46,407 nucleotides of DNA from an uncultured archaeon (GTDB lineage: Archaea > Asgardarchaeota > Thorarchaeia > Thorarchaeales > Thorarchaeaceae): the NCBI GenBank assembly GCA_964458565.1, contig CAYWJO010000027.1, positions 1-46,407 on the forward strand, given 5' to 3'. Below, piece by piece: positions 27,672 to 36,555 of this stretch (positions are counted from its first letter, which is position 1; the number at the start of each line of letters is the position of its first letter). The notes beneath the pieces were generated by a model that was given only the letters and a program-made list of their open reading frames with translations, had not been told where the DNA came from and did no database searches. The position numbers and the translations under genes are program-made.

Positions 27672-29114
27672 GTGGTTCGGATGAAGAAGAAGGCAATTCT
27701 TCCTGTACTATTATTAATCGTTTCTTCCTTCTCAATGGTCTTTCCCACACATCCACTGAATAAACTAAACTTGGAAATCATGAAACAAGGGGTTCTAGCA
27801 GATAGTGAGCCCATTGTGTCCTATACTTCGAACGATATCAACGAGTCTGTAATTCTTAGCAATGGGGATACTGCTGTTGGAGATCATGTAGTATTGAATG
27901 TCACTGCACCTGAATTCATACCTGAAGATGAAATCATCTCAATGGAATTACTTCTTTCTTCTGGTGTCTATTATGTATCAACAGGTACACTAGTAATCCC
28001 TGACGGTTCATACGATTTATTTGGTACTCCTGTAATTGATTTCACTCAATTTACATGGGAGTACATACCAGAAATTAATTCAGGTGATGAACTCTCACTC
28101 GAGCTTGACTTTACAAATAGTGACTGTGATGTTGTGGCTTGGTTGTACAGTATTGATGGACTAGTTCAGGACAACTCTGAGTGGCAATTTGGGAACAATT
28201 TGTTATCAGATAGTATGGCAACAGGTTCGCATCCCGAAGTAGGATACATCATAGCAGATTTTATCGGTGAATCCGCTACTCTTGCTGTTGGTATTTTCGA
28301 TTTTGATTTACAAAATGGGACTTATACCTTGACTGTAGATGGAACCTTATCTGATGAGGTTGAATCAGACGGAAGTTCTGTCTACTTTGATACATACCAA
28401 TTTCTCTCTAATGCATCTAGGCATGTGGAAGTTACAGTGTACACCGATACAAACATGAGTTATACATATCATTATGATTTCACTTTTGAGAATTTCTTTA
28501 GTCCAGCTATAACTAATCTTACTGTGGTTGGGGATGGTGCTGTTAAATACATAACGTGGGATGTAGAAGATCGAAATGCTCAAGATGAGCATTTTTGCGA
28601 GGTTCTGCTTTCTTTTGACTATGGGCTAAGTTTTATGCTCATGATGAAAAATATCACAACCAATTCGTATACTTGGGATTCGACAGGTTGGTTATTTCGT
28701 GATTATGAGATAATGGTTAGAGTCTTTGACAATGATCCCTATGAAAACCCAGATGCTATTCACACCGGTGATTATTGGCCTAGATTGGGTGATATTGAAA
28801 CTGTCCCTGTTACCGCTGGAACAGAATTTCACAGTGATTCCGACTGGACCACTTGGGATTGTTGGTCCTCATATTATTATGACTCATCGTCATCATCATC
28901 AACATACTCTTCGTCAACCGAGTACTTGTCAACTGTAGAAATTACTACAACACCAGAGAGCTCTCAATCATCTACAGAACATCACAGCAATTCGGATACC
29001 ACTGCAATTTTCCAGGTTGTCAGTCTGGCAATAACACTGTCATCGCTTGGAGTGATTGTCATATTCTCAATTCTAATAGCCGTAACTCGGATGGGTCACA
29101 AATATTCTGGATGA
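27672..29114 (+). CDS. Secreted acidic beta-rich surface protein with Ser/Thr linker and C-terminal TM anchor
   Basis: N-terminal signal KKKAILPVLLLIV; PPC/Ig-like beta segments; Ser-rich linker; TM helix. Confidence 0.8.
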   Translation: MVRMKKKAILPVLLLIVSSFSMVFPTHPLNKLNLEIMKQGVLADSEPIVSYTSNDINESVILSNGDTAVGDHVVLNVTAPEFIPEDEIISMELLLSSGVYYVSTGTLVIPDGSYDLFGTPVIDFTQFTWEYIPEINSGDELSLELDFTNSDCDVVAWLYSIDGLVQDNSEWQFGNNLLSDSMATGSHPEVGYIIADFIGESATLAVGIFDFDLQNGTYTLTVDGTLSDEVESDGSSVYFDTYQFLSNASRHVEVTVYTDTNMSYTYHYDFTFENFFSPAITNLTVVGDGAVKYITWDVEDRNAQDEHFCEVLLSFDYGLSFMLMMKNITTNSYTWDSTGWLFRDYEIMVRVFDNDPYENPDAIHTGDYWPRLGDIETVPVTAGTEFHSDSDWTTWDCWSSYYYDSSSSSSTYSSSTEYLSTVEITTTPESSQSSTEHHSNSDTTAIFQVVSLAITLSSLGVIVIFSILIAVTRMGHKYSG

Positions 29115-29125
29115 AAAAGAAATGA

Positions 29126-29146
29126 TGAGGGGTGTAATTCCCCTCA
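29126..29146 (-). terminator. Hairpin TGAGGGG-N7-CCCCTCA between convergent genes
   Basis: T-tract follows on minus, downstream of the MFS stop. Confidence 0.6.
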
Positions 29147-29159
29147 AAGGATGTAAACA

Positions 29160-30530
29160 CTAAATTGAACCTGGTACAATATCATCTTCTAGTGTAGACA
29201 TAGTTGCATCTAAACCAGTTTTTGATGCTCCCATGACAGGTTGTCTGACTTTGACTAGTATTATCAGAGACACTATGAAGAATATCATGATACTGAGCAA
29301 TGAGTTCTTGTGAGCTCCGATTATATCAAACCCAGCTCCCTGTGACCATGTCAGTACTGATGCGTAGACAAATGGACCAAGGATCGCAGCAAATTTCCCT
29401 GTAAGGGCATACATACCATACATCTCAGATTTCTTTTCTTCAGGTATGTATTGACCAAACATGCTTCTGGCCGTACTCTGAGCAGAACCCATACCTACTC
29501 CCGCAATCAGTCCTACAATCCACCATACGATTGGAGCACTACCAAAATAAGCGATTACTAGAGCCACAATCCAGATTACCAAGGTGATCATAAGAGTCGG
29601 CTTTGTCTTGATTCTGTCTGCTACATATCCGAAGATGAATGCACCTGGAATTGCTGTAAGTTGTGTGACTGCGAAGAAAATCAATATATCCGTCGTTGAA
29701 AATGCGTACACCTTTTCACCAAACAACGCTGCGTAGTATATGACTGTAGTAATTGCATCGCTGAATAGAAAATAAGCAATCATGAATAGTGGTACACCCT
29801 GATATGTTCTGATCTCTCCAAATGTCTTTCTAACACGACTGAATCCAATTCTGATATAGCTCATTCCCTCTTCTTCTGGTTTCTTGGTAGCTGGTCTATC
29901 TTTGAGTCCCATAATACTTGGTATTGAAAACACAAGGAAGAATAAAGCACCCAATAGAAATGGTACAGTGGATTCGGTTCCATATATTGAAACGCTGATC
30001 AGCGCGATGATAATTGTGAGCATAGCACCCACGTATCCTGCAGCAAATCCTATACCTCCAATTCTCCCAATCGTATTCTCATCACTGATTTCTGGTAACC
30101 ATGCATTGTAAAACGGAAGTGCTCCCTGAAATCCGATATTTGCGAGAATAAAGATAACAAAAGCCCAAACCCATATGGGAAGTCCGAATGCTATTGCATT
30201 TGGAATAGTGAAGAATAGTAACGCATTGAAATAGACACATATTATTGTATAGAAGATAAGGAACTTCTTTTTTGATCCGGATGAATCCGCAATCGCACCT
30301 AAAATCGGTGAACTTAATGCGATTACTATCATTGTTATACTTCCAGCATATCCCCAAAGTGCTGTCCCTAGGAAACCACCATCGTTGGTAACGCTAGTTA
30401 CTAAACCTTCAAAGAATCCTGGAAATAGAGCAGTGACCATGAGAACTGTAAAGCTGGTATTTGCGAAGTCATAGAGATACCAAGCAATGCGTTCTTTCCT
30501 ATCAGTAGGAACCACTTGATCTGATGCCAT
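29160..30530 (-). CDS. MFS transporter, UMF1/Atg22-like family
   Basis: AWYLYDFANTSF, SPILGAIADSSGSKKKF, FYNAWLPEI, GKFAAILGP. Confidence 0.92.
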   Translation of the reverse strand: MASDQVVPTDRKERIAWYLYDFANTSFTVLMVTALFPGFFEGLVTSVTNDGGFLGTALWGYAGSITMIVIALSSPILGAIADSSGSKKKFLIFYTIICVYFNALLFFTIPNAIAFGLPIWVWAFVIFILANIGFQGALPFYNAWLPEISDENTIGRIGGIGFAAGYVGAMLTIIIALISVSIYGTESTVPFLLGALFFLVFSIPSIMGLKDRPATKKPEEEGMSYIRIGFSRVRKTFGEIRTYQGVPLFMIAYFLFSDAITTVIYYAALFGEKVYAFSTTDILIFFAVTQLTAIPGAFIFGYVADRIKTKPTLMITLVIWIVALVIAYFGSAPIVWWIVGLIAGVGMGSAQSTARSMFGQYIPEEKKSEMYGMYALTGKFAAILGPFVYASVLTWSQGAGFDIIGAHKNSLLSIMIFFIVSLIILVKVRQPVMGASKTGLDATMSTLEDDIVPGSI

Positions 30531-30627
30531 GAATAATCATATCCTGTGATGAATTCTGGGAAATGTCTAGAACATGCTGATATTTAACAACAATGTAAAA
30601 CATGATTTTGGTATCCGATGAAGTGTT

Positions 30628-31410
30628 CTATATGGCAACCCGATTTCTTATCCATTCCAAGACCGTTTCATTAAATTTAGTTGATTGCTCAAGCATTACA
30701 CTATGACCTGCATTGTCTAAGATTTTCAGAGTAGAATCAGATATACTTTGATGCAAATACTCTGAGTATTTTACAGGTGTCATCATATCATCCTTTCCTA
30801 CAATAATCAATGTTGGAAGAGTGATCTCATTAACTCTCGCTATGATGTCGAATTCGTTACACATCTGGAAGTCTCTAGCGATTACCGATGGATTGCATTT
30901 TCTGACTTCAACTTTAGATGCTTCTATCATCTTTGGATTTGCACCTTCATGGAACATATATTCACCAACTGCAGATACATATGACTCGAAGTCATTCTCT
31001 AGCATATTGAAAATAATCGGATGGACGCTTAGTTTTGCACCAGTTCCAACTAGAATAATTCCCCCTAATTTTTCAGGATTTTCAAGCGCGTATAGTTGTG
31101 CCAGAGCGCCTCCCATACTGTGCCCTAGTAGAAATGGTTGGGTAAATCTATCACATACACCATCGATATCTTTGAGATAGCTTGTTACCGTCCTGCTTTC
31201 ATTCCTGTCAGCTGTTTTCCCATGTCCATTCAAATCAATTGCTACACAATGTAAGTGATTTGAGAGTGTTTTCAGTTGCAAAAACCATGTTGCTGAAGAC
31301 CCTCCTGCGCCATGAATCATCACAAGGGGAATGTTGTTTTCCTCACCTATTGATTCGAAATTAACTGACATAGTTCCATCCTTTAAAAAAGCCCTTATTG
31401 ACTTTCGCAA
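30628..31410 (-). CDS. Alpha/beta fold hydrolase (start probably MSVNF at 31371)
   Basis: HGAGGS, DLNGHG, GHSMGG nucleophile, GKDD, AGH. Confidence 0.95.
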   Translation of the reverse strand: MRKSIRAFLKDGTMSVNFESIGEENNIPLVMIHGAGGSSATWFLQLKTLSNHLHCVAIDLNGHGKTADRNESRTVTSYLKDIDGVCDRFTQPFLLGHSMGGALAQLYALENPEKLGGIILVGTGAKLSVHPIIFNMLENDFESYVSAVGEYMFHEGANPKMIEASKVEVRKCNPSVIARDFQMCNEFDIIARVNEITLPTLIIVGKDDMMTPVKYSEYLHQSISDSTLKILDNAGHSVMLEQSTKFNETVLEWIRNRVAI

Positions 31411-31477
31411 TTGTCATATAATTTAAATCAATTAATCTGTATAGTTACGCATTAGTATTAACAAGGACTGAATAGAT

Positions 31478-32743
31478 GTGAGTTCGACAGGTAGGAGTGC
31501 CATTGTAATTATCGTAATCGTTTTAATTGGGGTCGGTGTGGGAGCGGGAGCCTACTTTTTCGTCTATTATTTTATTCCAACTTCACCCACAACAACTGCT
31601 TCACCAACCACCACAACTACCGTACCAACAACTTCAACAATTACATACTATTCGTATACTGACTATTGGTCTACAAGCACATCATACCTCTCTTATACAG
31701 ATTATTGGTATTCGACGACCTCATATTGGTACACAGACTATTGGAGTACCTCAACATACTGGACTGAAAATCCATATGATATTGCTATTGTACTCACGAC
31801 TGATGGCGCAGGAGATGAGGGATTCAATGATGGTGTACTTAATGGTGCTTTAAGCGCATGGCAAGACTTCAGATTAGAAATTGATGTAGTTCAACCTACT
31901 CATATCATGGAATATGAAGTATGCCACCGGATCTTTGCTGAACATACCTCATACACAACTCCCTACAAACTAATCATAGGTGTAGGATTTGACCAAGCAG
32001 ATGCTATCATGAGTGTTGCCGAGGATTATCCTAATCAGAACTTTGCTATCGTTGATATGTTTATAGATCCTGCAGAGTATCCTAATGTTGCCTCCTTATT
32101 ATTTTCTGAACACGAGGGATTTGCACTTGTAGGTGCTATTGCCGGTCTCATCACTCAGACTGATTCGATAGGTTTTGTTGGTGGAATGGATATCCCACTC
32201 ATAAACAAATATTTAGCTGGATATGCTTTCGGAGCTAACTATACAAATCCAGGTGTCAATGTAACCTATGCATACACCAACGATTGGGTTGATATTGCAG
32301 CAGGTCAGACTCTTGCTGACGGTATGTATACTCAAGGGATTGATATTATCTTTGCAACTGCATTATATTCAGGCCTTGGAGTTTTTGACAGTTGCAGAAC
32401 CATAATCGAAGATGAAACAAATACCACACCAATTTGGACTATCGGTTATGATACCCCTCAAATGTACTTAGGAACTTCTGATTCTGAAAATCCCTCTGCA
32501 CCAACATTCTGTTTAACTTCAATGATCAAGAGAGTTGATGTCTCAGTCTACAACATTATTAGGGATGTTTTCCTTGGCAACTTCACGGGGGGACTGAAGT
32601 TCTTTAATTTAAGTAATAATGGCGTTGATTATGAAGTTAACAGTAATCTTCTAAAATTGCCCGGTTCAGTAATTTCTGCAGTTGAATCTTTTAAAGCTGA
32701 TATTAAATCTGGTAGTATAAGTGTCCCTGATTCGATATACTGA
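31478..32743 (+). CDS. BMP (PnrA/TmpC-like) ABC substrate-binding protein, divergent paralog, with N-terminal TM anchor and YTDYW repeats
   Basis: GDEGFN, EHEGFALVG, GFVGGMD, SMIKRVD; clear paralog of 32970..34115. Confidence 0.92.
   Translation: MSSTGRSAIVIIVIVLIGVGVGAGAYFFVYYFIPTSPTTTASPTTTTTVPTTSTITYYSYTDYWSTSTSYLSYTDYWYSTTSYWYTDYWSTSTYWTENPYDIAIVLTTDGAGDEGFNDGVLNGALSAWQDFRLEIDVVQPTHIMEYEVCHRIFAEHTSYTTPYKLIIGVGFDQADAIMSVAEDYPNQNFAIVDMFIDPAEYPNVASLLFSEHEGFALVGAIAGLITQTDSIGFVGGMDIPLINKYLAGYAFGANYTNPGVNVTYAYTNDWVDIAAGQTLADGMYTQGIDIIFATALYSGLGVFDSCRTIIEDETNTTPIWTIGYDTPQMYLGTSDSENPSAPTFCLTSMIKRVDVSVYNIIRDVFLGNFTGGLKFFNLSNNGVDYEVNSNLLKLPGSVISAVESFKADIKSGSISVPDSIY
31646..31767 (+). repeat. Coding tandem repeat (Y/L/W)-x-YTDYW-S/Y-ST x3
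   Basis: YSYTDYWSTSTS / LSYTDYWYSTTS / YWYTDYWSTST; codons differ between units. Confidence 0.85.
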
Positions 32744-32969
32744 AGCTAGATCACTTGCATTAAACGAGTGAATTAGCAATGTAACTCAGGCGTTCTCCAT
32801 TGAATTCCAGAGGACTCATGCTAGACTATTCAGTTTAGATGTTGCATTTGCTAAATGGGAGATTAGGGAGGTTTTTTAGGGGGTACTGTTACATAATTAG
32901 AGTAAGTCAATAGGTTTCGCTCTTAGTGCGTAATCTATACGACAATATCCATGGAGAAACGATAACAAA

Positions 32970-34115
32970 ATGAGCTCATCAAGTAGAGGCATGATGGCAG
33001 CAATCGTGATTATTATTATCGCAGTTGGTGCTGTTGGTGCCTGGATATTGATTGCCAATCCGTTCGCTCCCCCAACAACAACTGAACCAACAACTACAAC
33101 TACAACGACAACAACAACTACAACCACTGGGAATCCAAATCCCTATGATGTAGCAATAGTCTTTGCTACCGGTGGTCTAGGTGATAAGTCGTTTAATGAT
33201 GGTTGTAAGACTGGTGCAGATGAAGCAGTAACGGACTTTGGCATTAGCTTCACATATGTGGAGCCTACAGCAATCACTGAATACGAAGGATACATACGAG
33301 GATATGCTGAACATACAGCTTATGATGATGGATATGATCTCATCATATCGATTGGTTTTGATCAGGCAGAAGGGATAATGGCAGTTGCTGATGATTATCC
33401 AGACCAGCACTTCGCTATTGTCGATATGTTCATTGACCCAGTTAACTACTCAAATGTTGCTTCCCTGCTTTTCAACGAGCATGAGGGTTCAGCACTTGTA
33501 GGTGCTATAGCCGGACTAACAACAGAAACTGATAAAATTGGTTTCGTCGGTGGTGCGGATATTCCACTCATTAACAAATTTTTGGCAGGATACGCATTTG
33601 GTGCGAACTATACCAATACTGGTGTTAATGTAACATACGGATACACCAATGATTGGGTAGATACTGCAGCAGGTCAGACTCTTGCTGATGGTATGTATGC
33701 TCAGGATGCAGACATTATCTTTGCAGCTGCTGGTCGTTCGGGACTTGGTGTCTTTGACAGTTGCAGCTCAATCATCGATGCTGAGACAAATTCAACCAAC
33801 ATCTGGACAATTGGTGTAGACAGTCCACAGATGTACCTTGGTACGGCTGATCCTGAAAACCCAGTTGCGCCAACTTTCATGTTGACATCAATGCTCAAGA
33901 GAGTTGACTTAGCAGTATACCAAATGATCGCTGACACATTTCATGGTAACTTCACAGGTGGTTTGAAGTTCTTCACCCTCGCTAATGGCGGTGTAGACTT
34001 CGAGATAAACGAAGATTTACTTGTTCTACCCCCAACAGTAATTACTGCAGTTGAGGATTTGAAGGCAGCAATCATCAGTGGAACTGTGGTAGTTCCAGAC
34101 GCAATCTACTGGTAA
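32970..34115 (+). CDS. BMP family nucleoside ABC substrate-binding protein
   Basis: Canonical GGLGDKSFN, AAGRSG, IGVDS, SMLKRVD; TM anchor and poly-Thr linker. Confidence 0.95.
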   Translation: MSSSSRGMMAAIVIIIIAVGAVGAWILIANPFAPPTTTEPTTTTTTTTTTTTTGNPNPYDVAIVFATGGLGDKSFNDGCKTGADEAVTDFGISFTYVEPTAITEYEGYIRGYAEHTAYDDGYDLIISIGFDQAEGIMAVADDYPDQHFAIVDMFIDPVNYSNVASLLFNEHEGSALVGAIAGLTTETDKIGFVGGADIPLINKFLAGYAFGANYTNTGVNVTYGYTNDWVDTAAGQTLADGMYAQDADIIFAAAGRSGLGVFDSCSSIIDAETNSTNIWTIGVDSPQMYLGTADPENPVAPTFMLTSMLKRVDLAVYQMIADTFHGNFTGGLKFFTLANGGVDFEINEDLLVLPPTVITAVEDLKAAIISGTVVVPDAIYW

Positions 34116-34128
34116 TCAGTGATTAATT

Positions 34129-34146
34129 GAGGGGAATCTTCCCCTC
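34129..34146 (+). terminator. Hairpin GAGGGGAA-TC-TTCCCCTC + T-rich tract
   Basis: 14 nt after the BMP stop. Confidence 0.6.
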
Positions 34147-34245
34147 TCTAATTTTCTTTCATTCTCTTCATCCCTTTAAGTTAAATAGTCGTAATTCTAA
34201 GAGTCAAATCAATCTGTTACATAACAGAGTAAGCGAGGACTCAAT

Positions 34246-36555
34246 ATGTATGCAGTTGAACTGGAGACTATTTCAAAGACTTTTCCGGGTGATGTTCAAG
34301 CAAACAAGAACATAACATTGCGGGTCAAAGAGGGAGAAGTTCATGGTTTGCTTGGAGAAAATGGTGCTGGGAAGTCCACTCTGATGAATATTCTTTACGG
34401 TCTACTTGATCCAACATCTGGGAAAATAAAAATTCGTGGTGAGGAAGTTACTCTCAAATCACCTGATGACGCTATTTTGCGTGGTGTTGGAATGGTCCAT
34501 CAACACTTCAAACTGATTCCTCCTTTAACCGTTACAGAAAATGTAATCATGGGAATGGAACCTAGAAGGCGAAGAATAAGCCTCTTTACTATTTTCATTA
34601 TGCTTTTGACTTATGTGTATTTGATTGCGATGACATTCACCATTTTCGGAGTTGAGGTTATTGTCGGAGAAGAAACATTGGTTGATTATTCGATTCCAGC
34701 TTTCTATAATGCTATTTTCATCATTCTTACAATATTCACATACTTAACCTATGACCGGATTGGAGGTTGGATGAACAAGTTAGGTTTTGTAGGTCGTTTC
34801 TTTGTCAGATTAGGTTCCCCTCTCAAGAAGGTTATTGATCAACTCGCTCCGATTGGCATAAAAAATGCCCAAGAACGAATTCGTCAAATTGCTATTGAGA
34901 ATGGGCTTGCAATAGATCCAACTGTTAAGATTGCTGATCTATCTGTTGGGTTGCAACAGCGTGTTGAGATCATTAAAACACTATATCGTGAAGCAGAGAT
35001 ATTAATTCTGGATGAGCCAACGAGCGTCCTCACACCTCAAGAAGTGGATGAACTTTTTGAAACTCTCAAAGCATTCAGGGACTCTGGAAAGACAATCATA
35101 CTCATCACTCACAAACTCCGAGAGACCATGGCTTTATGCGATCGAATCAGTGTTCTACGTGATGGTGAGCTTGTTGGTACTGTAAATAGGGATGAAACAT
35201 CACGAGAAGAATTAGCAAAAATGATGGTGGGTCGTCCTGTTGTTTTCACTGTAGAAAAAACTCTTGGACATCCAGGAGAAACCATACTTTCTGTAGATAA
35301 TCTTGTAGTCAGAGATCATCGTGGTCTTATGGCTGTGAAAGGAGTATCTCTTGAAGTAAGGGCTGGAGAAATCTTGGGAATTGCTGGAGTTGAAGGTAAT
35401 GGGCAGACTGAACTTGTTGAAGCACTTACAGGTCTTAACCGACCCATAGTTGGAAGAGTGTGTATTAACGCTGATCCATCAGTTTCACTGAAAAAGGGTT
35501 TCTTAAGCCGACTTTGGGACGAAGATCTGACCAAGTATTTTACTCATGGGCTTATGTTATCATTGTTCTGGTTGTTTGCGTTGTTTTTCTGGGTTCTTTT
35601 AACATTTGCACTGGTGCATACCACATTGTTTATCGGGTTAGCAGTGAGTATCTTTATTCTAGGATACATAACAGGTTCTATCACTATCTCACTTTCAGAT
35701 GCGATATGGAGGATACAATGTAAAGAATCGAGAGGTAGTAAGTTTCTACAAGGCATTATCCAATTTGTAGCACTTGCACTATTGTCTCTACCTTTGGTAT
35801 TCCTTGAACTATACTTCATATACTCCGTATCTTTCGATTTGTTGGATTCTATTATTAGGATGTTAATCCCCTCTATACTGATAGGATTCGTGAGTAAGAG
35901 AATTGCATCTCATTTCCAACTAGAGGATATCGTAATCGTGCAGGCTGACGTAAAACCCTGTGAGGATTGGATGCTTGATATAACAGGTGTTAAGCCAAGA
36001 CAGGTCCGTAGATCCGGTATTAGTTACATTCCAGAAGATCGTCACAAGAGAGGACTCCTTCTCTCATTTACCTTGGAAGAAAATCTTGTTTTAGGTCGTC
36101 ATTATATCAAACCATTTTCCAGAGGTAAAGGACTTCCCATTCTTGAATTAAGTACAATCGAGGATTTATCAGATTCGCTCATCAAAGAATTTTCGATAAA
36201 AACAACTGGCAGCGAGAGTTTTGCCAGTACTCTATCCGGTGGCAATCAACAGAAGGTTGTTGTAGCTAGAGAGATTGCAGCGAAACCCCGATTGTTAATT
36301 GCTGCTCAACCTACGAGAGGTCTGGATGTAGGTGCTACAGAGTTTATCCATAGAACCCTTTTGAGACTACGGGACGAAGGCGTTGCGATTCTTCTTGTTT
36401 CAGCAGAGCTTGATGAAATTCGTTCATTGTCAGACCGGATTGCGGTGATTTATTCTGGTGAAATTGTGGGAATGCGGCAACCGGAGGATACTGATGCTCA
36501 AGAGCTTGGCCTGATGATGGCTGGTGCTTCTGCAGATTCGGAGGTGTCTGTATAA
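34246..36555 (+). CDS. Nucleoside ABC importer ATPase (NupA/YufO-like, two NBDs) with two inserted TM modules
   Basis: GENGAGKST, VHQHF, LSVGLQQRVEI, LDEPT, ITHKL; GVEGNGQ, IPEDR, LSGGNQQK, QPTRGLD; hydrophobic inserts at about aa 107-202 and 409-577. Confidence 0.93.
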   Translation: MYAVELETISKTFPGDVQANKNITLRVKEGEVHGLLGENGAGKSTLMNILYGLLDPTSGKIKIRGEEVTLKSPDDAILRGVGMVHQHFKLIPPLTVTENVIMGMEPRRRRISLFTIFIMLLTYVYLIAMTFTIFGVEVIVGEETLVDYSIPAFYNAIFIILTIFTYLTYDRIGGWMNKLGFVGRFFVRLGSPLKKVIDQLAPIGIKNAQERIRQIAIENGLAIDPTVKIADLSVGLQQRVEIIKTLYREAEILILDEPTSVLTPQEVDELFETLKAFRDSGKTIILITHKLRETMALCDRISVLRDGELVGTVNRDETSREELAKMMVGRPVVFTVEKTLGHPGETILSVDNLVVRDHRGLMAVKGVSLEVRAGEILGIAGVEGNGQTELVEALTGLNRPIVGRVCINADPSVSLKKGFLSRLWDEDLTKYFTHGLMLSLFWLFALFFWVLLTFALVHTTLFIGLAVSIFILGYITGSITISLSDAIWRIQCKESRGSKFLQGIIQFVALALLSLPLVFLELYFIYSVSFDLLDSIIRMLIPSILIGFVSKRIASHFQLEDIVIVQADVKPCEDWMLDITGVKPRQVRRSGISYIPEDRHKRGLLLSFTLEENLVLGRHYIKPFSRGKGLPILELSTIEDLSDSLIKEFSIKTTGSESFASTLSGGNQQKVVVAREIAAKPRLLIAAQPTRGLDVGATEFIHRTLLRLRDEGVAILLVSAELDEIRSLSDRIAVIYSGEIVGMRQPEDTDAQELGLMMAGASADSEVSV

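Noticed and set aside
33073-33128. ACA/ACT trinucleotide runs as a VNTR or CRISPR-like array
   Set aside because: They simply encode the poly-Thr linker of the BMP protein; there is no repeat-spacer structure
34564-35976. Inteins or introns as the explanation for the ATPase inserts
   Set aside because: No C/S...HN-C/S/T splice motifs or endonuclease; the inserts are in-frame and hydrophobic, and one resembles a domain in the next gene. RNA splicing cannot be formally excluded without transcripts.
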